NCBI GenBank assembly: GCA_973895155.1
Contig: OZ316899.1
Span: 4,219,241-4,283,240, forward strand
Source: Marsupella aquatica
Taxonomy: Eukaryota > Plantae > Marchantiophyta
Direction of reading: 5' to 3'
Length of the DNA: 64,000 nucleotides
Part shown: in pieces, positions 33,024 through 44,258 of the stretch
How positions within the stretch are numbered: position 1 is the stretch's first letter
Layout of the letters: every line of letters begins with the position of its first letter
Notes under the pieces: model-generated
Told to the model about the DNA's origin: nothing
Seen by the model: only the letters and a program-made list of their open reading frames with translations
Databases searched by the model: none
Made by a program: the position numbers and the translations under genes

Positions 33024-34621
33024 TGTTGGAAAGTTCTTTCCAAGGCGGTTAAGATATATATAAAGAAGTCTGAAAATGGATTCGATATGACCCACTTAAT
33101 ATTATGAGATGCAACCAAGAGATATCCAAAATTTCCGGACAAATAATGGAATGAAGACTTTGAAACGTTATTTCCACACTATTAGACTTTCAAGAATGAC
33201 TTTGGACCAATAGGAAGCATGATCCATGGCTAAGGACCTTAACCAATTAAAATGGTTGGATAAGTATGAAAGAATACTATGAAAAGATATACCCATTCAT
33301 TGGAAGATGGAGAGACTCAATAGTCAAATTCTTATTACTCTTGCACTCCTACATTTTACCTACACCAATGGACACCATCTCATGACCTTATCTTTGGAAA
33401 TCTTTCACTTTGGAACCAAGAAATGTACACCCCTCCCTATTTTATTACTACAACCTTTGGAGGTGTCACTTTCATGCCAAACCCTCTTAACTCCATTGAC
33501 CCAGCAATAGACCCCACACTGGTGAAACCTAACACTTCAAGTCCTGATCAGTAAAGAGTTATTCCATCCGGGATTTGAACCGGTTTCTGATCCGGTTTCG
33601 TGTTTACGGCCTTATAAAACTTAGTATAGAAAGAATTAGACTTTGAATTTTTGCTGAGTACTTTATCTCATAGTCTAGTTTCATACTTTAGTATTACTTT
33701 TGACTTTTACACTTAGGTTAGGAAATGAAGAGGCATACCTCTTCAACTTTTGTTTAGAGGAGACTTGTCTACAAGTATAAGAGGGAAAGTTTCCACCATT
33801 TCACTTAGACTTACATTGCACTTGTGAAAGTCTCCTTCTTTGAAAAGAAGTAATAGATTTCCTAATTATCTTTGGTAATCTATGACTTGTGTTTGGAATT
33901 TAGTGTGTGACCATACTTGCTAGAATCTATTTGATGTGACTAACAATGCCATGTCAATATTCAGATTGACTGAAAATGCATGCTTGAGTTCATGCAAAGA
34001 TCTGAATTGACTTGAGTGTTTGGAATACTTAACAAGTATTTTTGGAAGATGCGTCAGACAAGAACTCACAATTACCATAGATCCAGAAGAGCAATCTGGA
34101 GAGTTGATTAAAAGAGGAAGCTTGTTCGGAGTGATGAGTACCGCCTTGTTTTGATTTGGCCATAAAGTTAATACAGGCTTACTTCTATATATCTTTTATA
34201 GATTCTTAGATGGTTGGCTTTAGAGATTAGCTTTAGGCATCAGCCTAATTTAGTCAAACTCTCTGTTGACTCTTAATAATGTCTAACTTAGTCATAGATT
34301 ACTAAGTGGTGAGAGGAGAAGAGACAATTCAGGCTCGCCTAATCCTATCTTTATGTCACCTGCTTTTGGTTGTTTTGTTATATTTTTAGAATTGATTATT
34401 GTACTATTGACGATACAAAGGTCACAATACCTGAGGATGTATTAAAAATTCCTTCCACTTGACCTAAGAATGTCGGTAAAGGCTTGAAATCTGAGATAGG
34501 TTAGCTTAATCATCTCAAAGTATGTTAGAACAATCTTTTAGGTCTCACAAGATTTTAACGGGAACAAACTTTGGTTGTTTAAGAGGAAAAGAATTCATTT
34601 TCCCCTAAACCCTACTCTACA

Positions 34622-34830
34622 CCTCAGCTAGTTTAAGTCCTTAGTGTGCGTCACCAGCTTAGCGCCTTGCCTTTGCTAGTGCCACGCCCCATTGCCCACA
34701 AGTCTCTCCATGCTAAGTCCTCCCCGGATGGCCATTCTGGGCCTGGACCACAGGGGAGCTTGGGGTTGGAGTCAACAACGCCAGAGCTAAGTGTTAAGGT
34801 AGTTGAGTTTTGCGACTTGCACCTCCCCTT
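34622..34830 (-). repeat. A3 3' LTR first 200 bp (34821-34622) and PPT AAGGGGAGG (34830-34822)
   Basis: Matches ~63725-63906; starts TGCAAGTCG on the minus strand. Confidence 0.88.
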
Positions 34831-35255
34831 AAAAATGGTCACGTCTGCGTGACCTAAGTAAATGTTCCAACACGCCTAGATCACCTTTGGTCTGAAAGAT
34901 ATTATAAGGTAACAAATGGTTTGCCCATAAGGCTGATGCAAACTAGGTTGGTATGCGCATTCCAAACTTAGGAAATTCCAACCTATCCCACTTATCCAAG
35001 TAGGATGTCAGTCCAAGCGGGCAAGCCAACTCCAAACTTGTCGGACCCTTTGCTCCCCCCTTGGGATACTTCCCTTTAGTTCAAACTAACCAGCCCACAG
35101 ATGTGAGGCGAGCACCATCAACTTCCACTCACAAAAAGAAAATCGGCCACCCAACAACCTCTAGCGACCACGCAATCCAACTTTATTCTTAAGAGGCCGA
35201 GATGAGTGAAACTAGGATACAACTCACAAAGGTAGCCACAATTGCCTGTACCAAT

Positions 35256-35507
35256 TCACAACGATGGTAGGCCACTTTGCTTACAATAGTTTCCAAGGAT
35301 CTTTGGGAGATTACCCAACTTTTCTTCCGGTTCCCAAGTACTTTTGGCCTGGTCGTAGCTAGCCCAATTCACCAAATACTCTAAGATTTGTCTTCCTAGA
35401 TTGCGTTTGTAACGGTGGTCCAAAATTGTCTCCACCTCAAACTCTTTCGCGTCCTCCACCAGCATGGCGTCTAGACGCAAGACCTGATCCTGGTTGGGAT
35501 CATTACT
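35256..35507 (-). pseudogene. pol: Chromodomain at the end of A3 integrase
   Basis: FEVETILDHR...EYLVNWASY...STWEPEEKL. Joins in frame to YHVSRLKKFVKS at ~48455-48490 across the D TSD. Confidence 0.92.
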
Positions 35508-36936
35508 TGTGGTATACCCGTTAGCGATAATCTTCTAAATAGGAGACATTTTTAATTTTTTTGGATGGAAGTTAGAAACTTTGAGGTTGTAAGCAGGATA
35601 ATTAGCCATAAAGAGCATTAAGTGAGTAGGGAAGAGGAACGGCCTTTACCAAGAAATGAGCGCTTCAACCTGGTGACCGGTAGCAGTAAGAGCGCGAGAA
35701 AGAATGAGTACTGGCGGAGGAGCTATGCAGGTCGAGGAAGAAAACCGAAGGCTTAGGACAATTGTTGAAGCTGTAATGTGACACCCCTGATTGAAGACAG
35801 GGCGCTGCGAGTAAAACAGGGATAATTTTTGGGCAGAAGTGTCAACTCATAAGAGGCGCCCTCTGTTAGTAGTTCTTAAGACAGCACTATTTACTTACTC
35901 AGAGCACCTTTAGTAAGTTTACTAAGTAGATGTTCACTATTGTTTTACCGACAGCGCTACTAGTTGATTTTCCACCATAGTAAGAAGTCTCTTTTCTAGT
36001 TAGCAGCACTCAGTACTCTACTACTTTTCATACTAGTTAAAACTACAGTATGTAGTTTAGTTTAGATCAGCCTTTCTAGATCTCATTTTAGTTACTTTTC
36101 TTTCTAGATTCTAGGGAACACTTTCTCTGCCCTGACTTTGATGATACTTAAGCCCTTGTTTTTCCTCATTTCGGGTGAGAAGGACTAAATTGGAAGCCTG
36201 GCTGTAGATGCAAGACTCCCGGTCGCTCCCTTTGTTTGTGATCTATTCAGTTGTAGAGATTGCAAATGAAGTAAATGTTTGTGTTGAGGAATTTGTTTTG
36301 AAAGATTCCTCGATAAACAAGTGTATGTTCAACTTCTGGAAATCAAGATGAATTTTATGATTGATTGCTTACAGTGATGAGAATCATTCAAAATTCAAAG
36401 ATGAATGTTTATAGGAAAGTGTCAAATCTATCATTGAGGGACAAGAGTACCATTATTATGCCCTGGACTTTTGCATTAGTGTTTTGTCTATGCCATACCT
36501 GATGCCTAGCCAAACCGTGTTGCCATCATTTTAATGCAAAGCTCGGCAATTATAATCTGAAATTTACCTTCAAAATGGTAGAGATTATATCTTTCCTGTG
36601 ATCTTCTCATGACAAGAGCGAGATTTTGAAGGAGAAGAATATAGGAGAATGGGTTGAGTAAGACCCTAATCTTTGTTGAAGGAAGGGCAATGCCATTCAT
36701 ATTCCTTGAATTCTTCCTTATGTAAATCCACCTTCAATCATGATTCCAGAATTAGTTGTTACTGGTTGATTTTATTCTGTGTTTGATCGGTTGAAGATAG
36801 AGAAATTTGAGAGGTCAGCTTATATCTCTTCATTAACACTATTTCCTTCAATAGCTTCCACTTTGTTCTTTACGGGATCGACTTTGGGTTATCTTTGGCT
36901 TTAAACCTTGTGTTTTATTTATAGACCTATACCACA
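35508..36936 (+). repeat. Element D 5' LTR (1429 bp)
   Basis: TGTGGTATA...TATACCACA; followed by the PBS. Confidence 0.93.
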
Positions 36937-36944
36937 TAGATTTT

Positions 36945-36962
36945 TGGCGCCGCTGCCGGGGA
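36945..36962 (+). promoter_or_regulatory. Element D PBS, tRNA-Asp type
   Basis: TGGCGCCGCTGCCGGGGA, one base off the Athila-type TGGCGCCGTTGCCGGGGA. Confidence 0.9.
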
Positions 36963-37569
36963 ACGAATTGGAAGTAATTGAAACTCAGGCAGTGAATGCC
37001 ACTTGTAGTGAAGGATTTTAAGAGCTTAGAAGGGAGAATTTTGGCCTCATGGAGCCATCTGTGGAATGGCCGGTGATGACATTTGAGACCTATTCTTTCA
37101 CCATTGACAATGCACCACCTTCTTTTGAAGAATTGTGGCGAAGGAGAGCGCTCCGTGCAACTGAAAGGAGAAAAGAACGCACCATTAAGAAAGAAAAGCG
37201 AAATGGTGCATAATTCTCTGGCAGGGGCGGATTCTTGGTCCAGACGGAGGGAAGTGTTACTTTTTTGTACAGTATCAGGAGAGGAGCGCTGCTTTACTAT
37301 GAAGAGCGCCGCGGGTTGAGGATGTATTGGTTCTGTTGAAGGGGGAGGCCCTGGGTTCAGGGAGATTTCAGGGAGATTCGAGGGAGATCCAAACCATTAC
37401 GCTCAAGAGGAAGTTCTGGAGGAGAGCGCTATTAGATAGCAAAGGACGACTCCAGCCGGAAGCGGAAAATTCGGAGATTGGACTTGTGCGGCAGTTACAG
37501 ACGGAGCGCTACGGGATAGCAAGGGGCGCCCTCAGATTTGAAGCTGGCCCGGACGCTATCATGCCCTAG

Positions 37570-37866
37570 GTTCAGGGAAGTACCTTTGAGTTTCAAGTAA
37601 GGGTGGACGGCTTCTTGATTAGAACGGTAAGGCTGGACAGAGGTTCGAGAGTGAATTTGCTTTCTTCTTGGTTGGTAGAACAATTAAATTTGGGACCACT
37701 TTTTGCCACCACAGTTAGGATTTGGTATGACGGGCATATCCTTCGACCTGTAGGGGAACTTAGGTCACTTGCTATTCAAGTGGGGGATGAATACTATGTT
37801 ATGGATTTTGTTATAATCGATCCCCCAGTCATGGAATTTCCTGAAATGGTGTTGCGATCCTTTTAA
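37570..37866 (+). pseudogene. Protease-like reading frame upstream of D gag
   Basis: VRLDRGSRVNLLS...PVGEL......MDFVIIDP aligns by eye to the element's own VPVDGGSSVNLMT...PVGRL...LEYIVISP. No ATG; preceded in frame by TAG. Confidence 0.55.
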
Positions 37867-37916
37867 GCTGGTAAAGGAGGAGGCAGGCAGTATCAAGAGG
37901 GGTAGAGAAATGAGGA

Positions 37917-40900
37917 ATGACTGAGAAAAATCAGCAACCAGGCAAGGAGGAAACCCAAGTCTCGACGTCCCAAGTCCCATCCTTCGAATCACCGGTTCAA
38001 CCGAGGGGGTTAATTGCAGAATTTCAGTCACCAGACTTTCCGCCACCTGGAAGTGTAAACGCGAGATTATCCCTCATTCAGCAGAATGATTCGAGGGGAA
38101 CTCTGGAAGCGCCAACTTCTAGTAGACCAGGATTTGTGAACTTACGTTCTGGACCGAAGTTGATTGTCCCACAAAAGCCTCGAAAGAAGCCTGGAATTTC
38201 GGGGAGTTTAAGACGAGCCAGTAGTTTGGATGATCACATAACTCCATCGAGTTTTAAAACTTTCGGAACATCTCTGGTGTGGCAAGAACGAGAGAACTCA
38301 CTTACCCCGCAGGAGGAGCAGAACCAAGGTAGCCTTGAGCAACCCGCAGAAGTCACAACTACGACGCCAGGCACCGCTTTACCAGAGATTGCCCAAGACC
38401 CTTATGACACTCCTGAGAGTGTTTTTGTGGTACCATTGGGAGGCGTTGAGGACTTAGATAACCTGTATACATCTCAGACATCCCACTCGGGAGTATCTTC
38501 GTTGGGAAGTGGTACATCAAATTCCAGTTTACCTTCCAGCACAACCCGCACGCCACGAGGCGGGACCTCTACCCCCGGAAGTACTAAGAGCGCCTCTCCT
38601 TCTTCAGCAGCGCCCGTAGTTACAATGGCCCGGAACCATGTGCGGTATGATAGATTTTTTGGGACCTCAAAGGAGGATGCAGAGGTTTACCTGAAGGAGT
38701 TTGAGGCCTCAGCAACTTCTAATGGGCAGAGCCTGGATGCAGAGAAAGCCAATTTATTCGGGGGGCTAATGAAGAAAAGAGCACAGAAATGGTACGATCG
38801 GTTCCCAACCAAACAGGATTGGCCCAGTGTGAAGGCTGCGTTCTTGGCTAAATTCCAAGAAGATGGAGCAGCAGCCCGAGCATTTACTCGGATATCTCAC
38901 TTACGTATGAAGAAGCATGGCTCGGTAAGAAAATACGCTGATAAACTGTTGGATTTGGTTGACCAGTATAACCTTGCCACTTCTAAATTAACTGTGAGAG
39001 ATTGGTTTGTCAACGGGCTACCTTCCCGTATTGCCCGATATGTGAGGAGAGAGGGAGGCACGACTTTTGATGAAGCACAAGAAGCCGCACAGAAGTATGT
39101 CGATTCTGAGATTTCAGGGAAGAAACGGGTGAGGAAGGACTTGAAACGAGATAGGCATAAGAAGAAAAATAAATCCAAGGACAGCTCAGAATCGGAGGCA
39201 GAAACCACTAGCAGTTCCAGTGACGACGAGTACAGCTCCACGACCACTACCAGTGAGAGTTCGACCTCTTCTTCAGATTCGGAGAAATCTACTCCAAAGA
39301 AGAAATCTTCCAGCAAGGGGGCCTCCAAGACCACTCACCCGAAGAACCTGGATCGGTTGATGTCAGATCTTAGTGGCAAGTTGTCTAAATTAAGTGTCAA
39401 CATTGCTGCTCTTAAACCTGTGAGACGACAACCGCCTGCTATGAGAGTAAACGTTTGGTGTGCTCGTTGCAATCAGCAAGGCCATTATCCAAGTGAATGC
39501 CCGAATTCCAATCTGAAGGTAAATTACATGCAGATGCAGGAGGAGGCGGAGGGTTATGACTATGATAATTCCTATGCTGTGATAGCACCTGGGGGAAGTC
39601 AGTATTTCCCATCGACACCTCAACCAGCTCCTGGACCAGCATGGGCATCTTCGAAGCCGAATTATGGTCGAGCAGTGCCGAGGCCACCTATGGGACCTCC
39701 TGGAGGATATCCACCTCGTGGTGCACCTCGAGCAAAGGGCTCTTGTTGGAACTGTGGTCAACCAGACCACTATTCTCCTCAATGCCCCTACCCTAGGCAG
39801 GAGGAAGGCTACACGCCAGTCTGTGGGAATTGTCATAAAGAGGGCCACCTGCCAGTTGAATGCCCCAATCCTCCCAAACCCAAAATGATGGTGCGCTTTG
39901 CCCAGGAACCAATTAAGGAGACTACCAGGCCGGAAGCAAAGGTTCGCATGGTATACTCCGAAGAAGTTGAGCATTGTGGATTGATTCATCATACACAGGT
40001 AAATCGTGTCGAAGGGAAGGCCGATTCACTCTTTGCTCAATCTTTATCCGGAGTAGTACCCGATGTCATGGTGGAGCACTTAGTGAAACCGGAAGTGGTG
40101 GGACTACCTAATGCGAGAGTGCAGGACAGGGACAAGGTCTTGAAAAATATTTATGCCACCACTCGCTCCAAGCGAAAGGAGGAGAAGGAATTGGCTGTTG
40201 TAAAGAAGAAAAACACGGAGAGTAAACCTCGTGCACCAACAGAGGAAGGACTTCCCAAGGACCAGGATCCAGCTTATGATCGGTACGATCCGAAATACTT
40301 TCTACCCGATATTTCTTCAGAGGTCAAAGCTCAATTGAAGGAGCTAGTAAAGGAGACTCCTCCCGACCCCACCCTGAAGGAGGTAAAGGCACCAAAGCAC
40401 AATTCTCCCATTGGTCCTTCTCAAGGATATGACATTTTGGCAGATGTGAAGAACTCCCCAGCTCAGATTACTATAGGGGAACTGTTGCAAGATAACCCAG
40501 TGTACAGACGGCAGCTTCGAGGTCTCCTCACTGGTCGAAGACGAAGACGGAAGTTACCGGAGGTGGAGGTGCTACGAGTGATCAGTCAGGATTTAGGCCC
40601 ACCCGAGATCGAGGTACAGGTTCAGGGATGTGTGGTGAAGGGAGTCCCAGTTGATGGAGGCTCTAGTGTTAATCTTATGACTCAGCAGACAGCGTTCGGT
40701 CTTGGCTTCACAAAGTTGGAGAGCACACCAAAGATTTTGCGGATGGCGGACCAATCACGAGTTGTCCCTGTGGGGAGACTAAGTGGAGTGGAAACTCTCA
40801 TTGCTGGGGTTCCTTTTTCCTTGGAGTATATTGTCATTAGTCCTGATACTCCTTCGAGTTTCCCCATTTTGTTGGGTCGACCTTGGCTGTACAAGGCTCA

Positions 40901-41141
40901 TGTACAGGTGAATTGGAGGACTCGAGAATTAACCTTTGGACAACCCAAGGTGGTGGTGAGCTGGGCACCAGACAGACATCAAGGTGAGACTGTGACCGAT
41001 GATGGATACACTTCGGACTTTTCGGATTCTACTTTAATTTTGGACCCTCTAGAGTTTGAGTTGGAAGAGGTTCGATATTTGGAGTTGTACTATGCGGACG
41101 TATCTGCTAGGGGATCTGCTCAAGTACCCAAGGAGTCGTGA
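37917..41141 (+). CDS. gag: Element D Gag-protease, 1074 aa
   Basis: S/T/P-rich N-terminus, capsid region (YDRFFG..EDAEVYL..F), three CCHC knuckles, VDGGSSVNLM, ILLGRPWL. Confidence 0.95.
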   Translation: MTEKNQQPGKEETQVSTSQVPSFESPVQPRGLIAEFQSPDFPPPGSVNARLSLIQQNDSRGTLEAPTSSRPGFVNLRSGPKLIVPQKPRKKPGISGSLRRASSLDDHITPSSFKTFGTSLVWQERENSLTPQEEQNQGSLEQPAEVTTTTPGTALPEIAQDPYDTPESVFVVPLGGVEDLDNLYTSQTSHSGVSSLGSGTSNSSLPSSTTRTPRGGTSTPGSTKSASPSSAAPVVTMARNHVRYDRFFGTSKEDAEVYLKEFEASATSNGQSLDAEKANLFGGLMKKRAQKWYDRFPTKQDWPSVKAAFLAKFQEDGAAARAFTRISHLRMKKHGSVRKYADKLLDLVDQYNLATSKLTVRDWFVNGLPSRIARYVRREGGTTFDEAQEAAQKYVDSEISGKKRVRKDLKRDRHKKKNKSKDSSESEAETTSSSSDDEYSSTTTTSESSTSSSDSEKSTPKKKSSSKGASKTTHPKNLDRLMSDLSGKLSKLSVNIAALKPVRRQPPAMRVNVWCARCNQQGHYPSECPNSNLKVNYMQMQEEAEGYDYDNSYAVIAPGGSQYFPSTPQPAPGPAWASSKPNYGRAVPRPPMGPPGGYPPRGAPRAKGSCWNCGQPDHYSPQCPYPRQEEGYTPVCGNCHKEGHLPVECPNPPKPKMMVRFAQEPIKETTRPEAKVRMVYSEEVEHCGLIHHTQVNRVEGKADSLFAQSLSGVVPDVMVEHLVKPEVVGLPNARVQDRDKVLKNIYATTRSKRKEEKELAVVKKKNTESKPRAPTEEGLPKDQDPAYDRYDPKYFLPDISSEVKAQLKELVKETPPDPTLKEVKAPKHNSPIGPSQGYDILADVKNSPAQITIGELLQDNPVYRRQLRGLLTGRRRRRKLPEVEVLRVISQDLGPPEIEVQVQGCVVKGVPVDGGSSVNLMTQQTAFGLGFTKLESTPKILRMADQSRVVPVGRLSGVETLIAGVPFSLEYIVISPDTPSSFPILLGRPWLYKAHVQVNWRTRELTFGQPKVVVSWAPDRHQGETVTDDGYTSDFSDSTLILDPLEFELEEVRYLELYYADVSARGSAQVPKES

Positions 41142-44099
41142 CAATCACAGAATGACCAGGAGGCCCCGCAACTAGAAGCGCCCTGTGTTGAGGAAGAGCG
41201 CTCACCCCATTTGGAGGAGGCGGATATGGAGCTTCCAAAGTTTAGAGAATTTGAACTCAGACCAGCGGGTCTTACTGAAGGGATAGTAGACACTGCTGCG
41301 TGCCAGAAAATTGAGATCGAACCTGGTAAGTTCCTCAACATCGGTCAGCACATCCAGGGCGAGCTGAGAGAACGGTATATTTTGCTGCTAACCCAATACA
41401 AGGACGTGTTTGCCTGGAGTCATGCAGATTTGAAGGGGATACACCCACACCTTGGAGAACATAGGATTGACCTGATGGAAGGGGCAGTTCCAGTTCGCCA
41501 GAGGCAATACCGTCTCAACCCCAAGTACTCAGTTCTTGTTAAAGATGAGTTAGATAAGCTTACCTCTGCTGGGTTTATTTACCCTGTACTGAGCAGCGAG
41601 TGGGTATCCCCTATTGTCATCGTTCCCAAAAAGCCTGGTCCGGACGGAAAGATGAAGATCCGTGTTTGTCAGGATTTCCGGAGACTGAATGCTGCCACTC
41701 GTAAGGACCATTACCCTCTCCCGTTCATTGACTCCGTCCTGGATTTAGTCGCACGTCATGAATGGTATAGTTTTTTGGATGGGTATTCCGGATACAACCA
41801 AGTCTCAATTCGTCAGGAGGACCGCGATAAGACTACTTTTACCACCGACTGGGGCACATATGCTTTCACCATGATGCCTTTCGGCCTATGTAATGCCCCT
41901 GGAACTTTCCAGCGCATAATGATGATTATTTTTCAGGAGTATTTGAGGCGCTTCATGGAAATTTTTATTGACGACTTCTGTGTGTTTTCTAATTCTGTGG
42001 CTGACCACTTGATACACCTTGAGAAGACCTTTCAGAAGTGCCGGGACGCTCAGCTGTGCCTACACCCAGAAAAGTGCTACATTGGAATGCAGGAAGGCAT
42101 TTTGTTGGGCCATGTCATTTCTCAGCGAGGTATTGAGGTGGATAAAGAAAAAATTCGAGTGATCTTAGAGCTGCGACCTCCGGCTGATTTGAAGCAGTTG
42201 AGGGGGTTCCTGGGACACGTGGGTTACTATCGACGATTTATACATAAGTACTCGGATAGGGCTCTACCCCTCACTCAGTTGCTGAAGCAAGAGGTTCCTT
42301 ACACTTGGACACCTGAGCGACAGGCTGCTTTTCAAGCCTTGAAGGAATGTTTGGTGACCGCTCCAGTCTTGTCCCCTCCTAATTGGAGTAAGAAGTTTCA
42401 TGTTTTCACTGATGCTTCTGCTTTCTGTGTAGGGGCTAATCTCAGCCAACGCGATGAAGCAAATAGGGACCATCCGATTTACTATGCAAGCAGGCAGATG
42501 AGTGCAGCGGAAAAACATTACACTGTTACTGAGAGGGAAGCTTTGGCAATTGTGTTCGCATGTAAGAAATTCCGCCACTACTTGCTCGGCTATCAGGTTG
42601 TTTTCCATACGGACCATAATTCCTTGAAGTATTTAGTCAATCAAGTGGACCTTTCGGGACGAGTGGCTCGCTGGGTTCTTCTGTTGCAGGAGTTCGATTA
42701 CGAGGTTCAGGTGCGGCCAGGGCAGCATCATGAGAATGCGGATTTTTTATCCCGACTTCCTGGTCCTGTGAATGAGCATAGTCTCTCTGATGACTTTCCT
42801 GATGAGCAACTTTGGCATATCGAAGGTGAGTCATCCAAATATTTTGATATTGTGCAAATGTTGTTACATGGGATATTTCCTCCGGATCTGAATGCAGAAG
42901 AGAGGGCGGTGTTTATGCATAAGGTTGGACCCTACTCCATTATCAAGGATGTACTCTTTAGACAAGGTCCTGATCAGAAGTTCCGAAGGTGTCTGGAAGA
43001 GAGAGAAATACCGACAGTGTTACAAGCTCTTCACCAGGGGGATACTGGTGGCCACTATGCCGTCAACACCACAGTTCGAAAGATCCAGGATGCCGGATAC
43101 TGGTGGCCCACAATGCATAGGGATACTTACCTATTCATTAAGAGTTGTGACCCCTGTCAGCGAGTGGGAAAACCGACTGCTTCCTCCAAGTGGCCCTTGA
43201 CATCCATTTTGCCATTGGCTCCTTTCGAGAAATGGGGAATCGACTTCATTGGACCCATTTCTCCAGCAGCACGGCGAACCCGTAGTAAGTATATTATCCT
43301 TGCTACCGACTACGCCACCAAGTGGGTGGAAGCAGCTGCCACGAGGAAGAACGATGCTAACACTGCTGCTGCCTTTTTGTTTGAGCACATTATAACTCGC
43401 TTTGGTTGCCCACTGGAGTTGGTAAGTGATCGCGGCCTTCATTTTCTGAATGCAACTATTGAGCTGATCACAGATCTTTACCTCATTAAGCACCGGAAAA
43501 CTACCCCATACAACCCTCGGGCAAATGGGCTTACAGAGAGGGCTAATGGTATCATGGGAAAAATCCTCAATAAGATGGTAGCAGCCCACAAAACTGATTG
43601 GGACATTAAGTTATTCTCTGCATTATGGGCTTATAGAACTGCAGAGAAAATAACAACCTTACGCACCCCTTTTTACCTGACTTACGGATTTGATAGTATT
43701 GTCCCTATTGAGTTTTCCATTCCCACCGACAGAATTTTGGTGCCCGACCGGCTGTCAGTTGAGGAGAGTTTACCGCATAGACTAGTTGACCTTAATTTAT
43801 TAGAGGAAGACAGACTCGCTGCTTTGCATCACACTCATGTCGTCCAGAGTAAGCGTAAGAAGGTCTATGATGCTAAACTGAAAAAAGTGGAGTTAGACGT
43901 GGGTGATTTAGCCTTAATTTATGATTCTCGTTTTATGTTGTTCCCTGGAAAGATGCATACTCATTGGCTAGGACCATATCGTGTTACCAACATATGGAGT
44001 AATGGATCTGTAGCGTTGACTACCCTTGATGGTCATCCTTTAGATACTCGAATAAATGGCTTCCGTCTTAAACGCTATCATTCACCTGCCCCAGACTAG
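41142..44099 (+). CDS. pol: Element D RT-RNase H-integrase, open and in frame with gag-PR after one TGA
   Basis: FLDGYSGYNQV, MPFGLCNAP, FIDDF, FTDAS, HTDH, GGHYA..C..CQ, KWGIDFIGP, SDRG, WLGPY, NGFRLKRY; no internal stops. Confidence 0.95.
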   Translation, partial: QSQNDQEAPQLEAPCVEEERSPHLEEADMELPKFREFELRPAGLTEGIVDTAACQKIEIEPGKFLNIGQHIQGELRERYILLLTQYKDVFAWSHADLKGIHPHLGEHRIDLMEGAVPVRQRQYRLNPKYSVLVKDELDKLTSAGFIYPVLSSEWVSPIVIVPKKPGPDGKMKIRVCQDFRRLNAATRKDHYPLPFIDSVLDLVARHEWYSFLDGYSGYNQVSIRQEDRDKTTFTTDWGTYAFTMMPFGLCNAPGTFQRIMMIIFQEYLRRFMEIFIDDFCVFSNSVADHLIHLEKTFQKCRDAQLCLHPEKCYIGMQEGILLGHVISQRGIEVDKEKIRVILELRPPADLKQLRGFLGHVGYYRRFIHKYSDRALPLTQLLKQEVPYTWTPERQAAFQALKECLVTAPVLSPPNWSKKFHVFTDASAFCVGANLSQRDEANRDHPIYYASRQMSAAEKHYTVTEREALAIVFACKKFRHYLLGYQVVFHTDHNSLKYLVNQVDLSGRVARWVLLLQEFDYEVQVRPGQHHENADFLSRLPGPVNEHSLSDDFPDEQLWHIEGESSKYFDIVQMLLHGIFPPDLNAEERAVFMHKVGPYSIIKDVLFRQGPDQKFRRCLEEREIPTVLQALHQGDTGGHYAVNTTVRKIQDAGYWWPTMHRDTYLFIKSCDPCQRVGKPTASSKWPLTSILPLAPFEKWGIDFIGPISPAARRTRSKYIILATDYATKWVEAAATRKNDANTAAAFLFEHIITRFGCPLELVSDRGLHFLNATIELITDLYLIKHRKTTPYNPRANGLTERANGIMGKILNKMVAAHKTDWDIKLFSALWAYRTAEKITTLRTPFYLTYGFDSIVPIEFSIPTDRILVPDRLSVEESLPHRLVDLNLLEEDRLAALHHTHVVQSKRKKVYDAKLKKVELDVGDLALIYDSRFMLFPGKMHTHWLGPYRVTNIWSNGSVALTTLDGHPLDTRINGFRLKRYHSPAPD

Positions 44100-44123
44100 G
44101 CTTGTGAGGGCACTGCGCCGTTT

Positions 44124-44235
44124 GAAGGGGGGATTATGTGGTATACCCGTTAGCGATAATCTTCTAAATAGGAGACATTTTTAATTTTTTTGGATGGAAG
44201 TTAGAAACTTTGAGGTTGTAAGCAGGATAATTAGC
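44124..44235 (+). repeat. Element D PPT (GAAGGGGGGA) and first 99 bp of the 3' LTR (44137-44235)
   Basis: Identical to 35508-35606, then breaks off into filler DNA. Confidence 0.93.
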
Positions 44236-44258
44236 AGGATAATTAGCAGGATAAAAGC

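Larger units (their letters stand above)
26680..34621. mobile_element. Element E: probable solo LTR (~2.17 kb net) split by the copia insertion
   Basis: TGTAATAGAGGGTTTA...TAAACCCTACTCTACA imperfect inverted ends. TSD CCTCA at 26675-26679 and 34622-34626. AT-rich, no long ORF. Confidence 0.82.
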
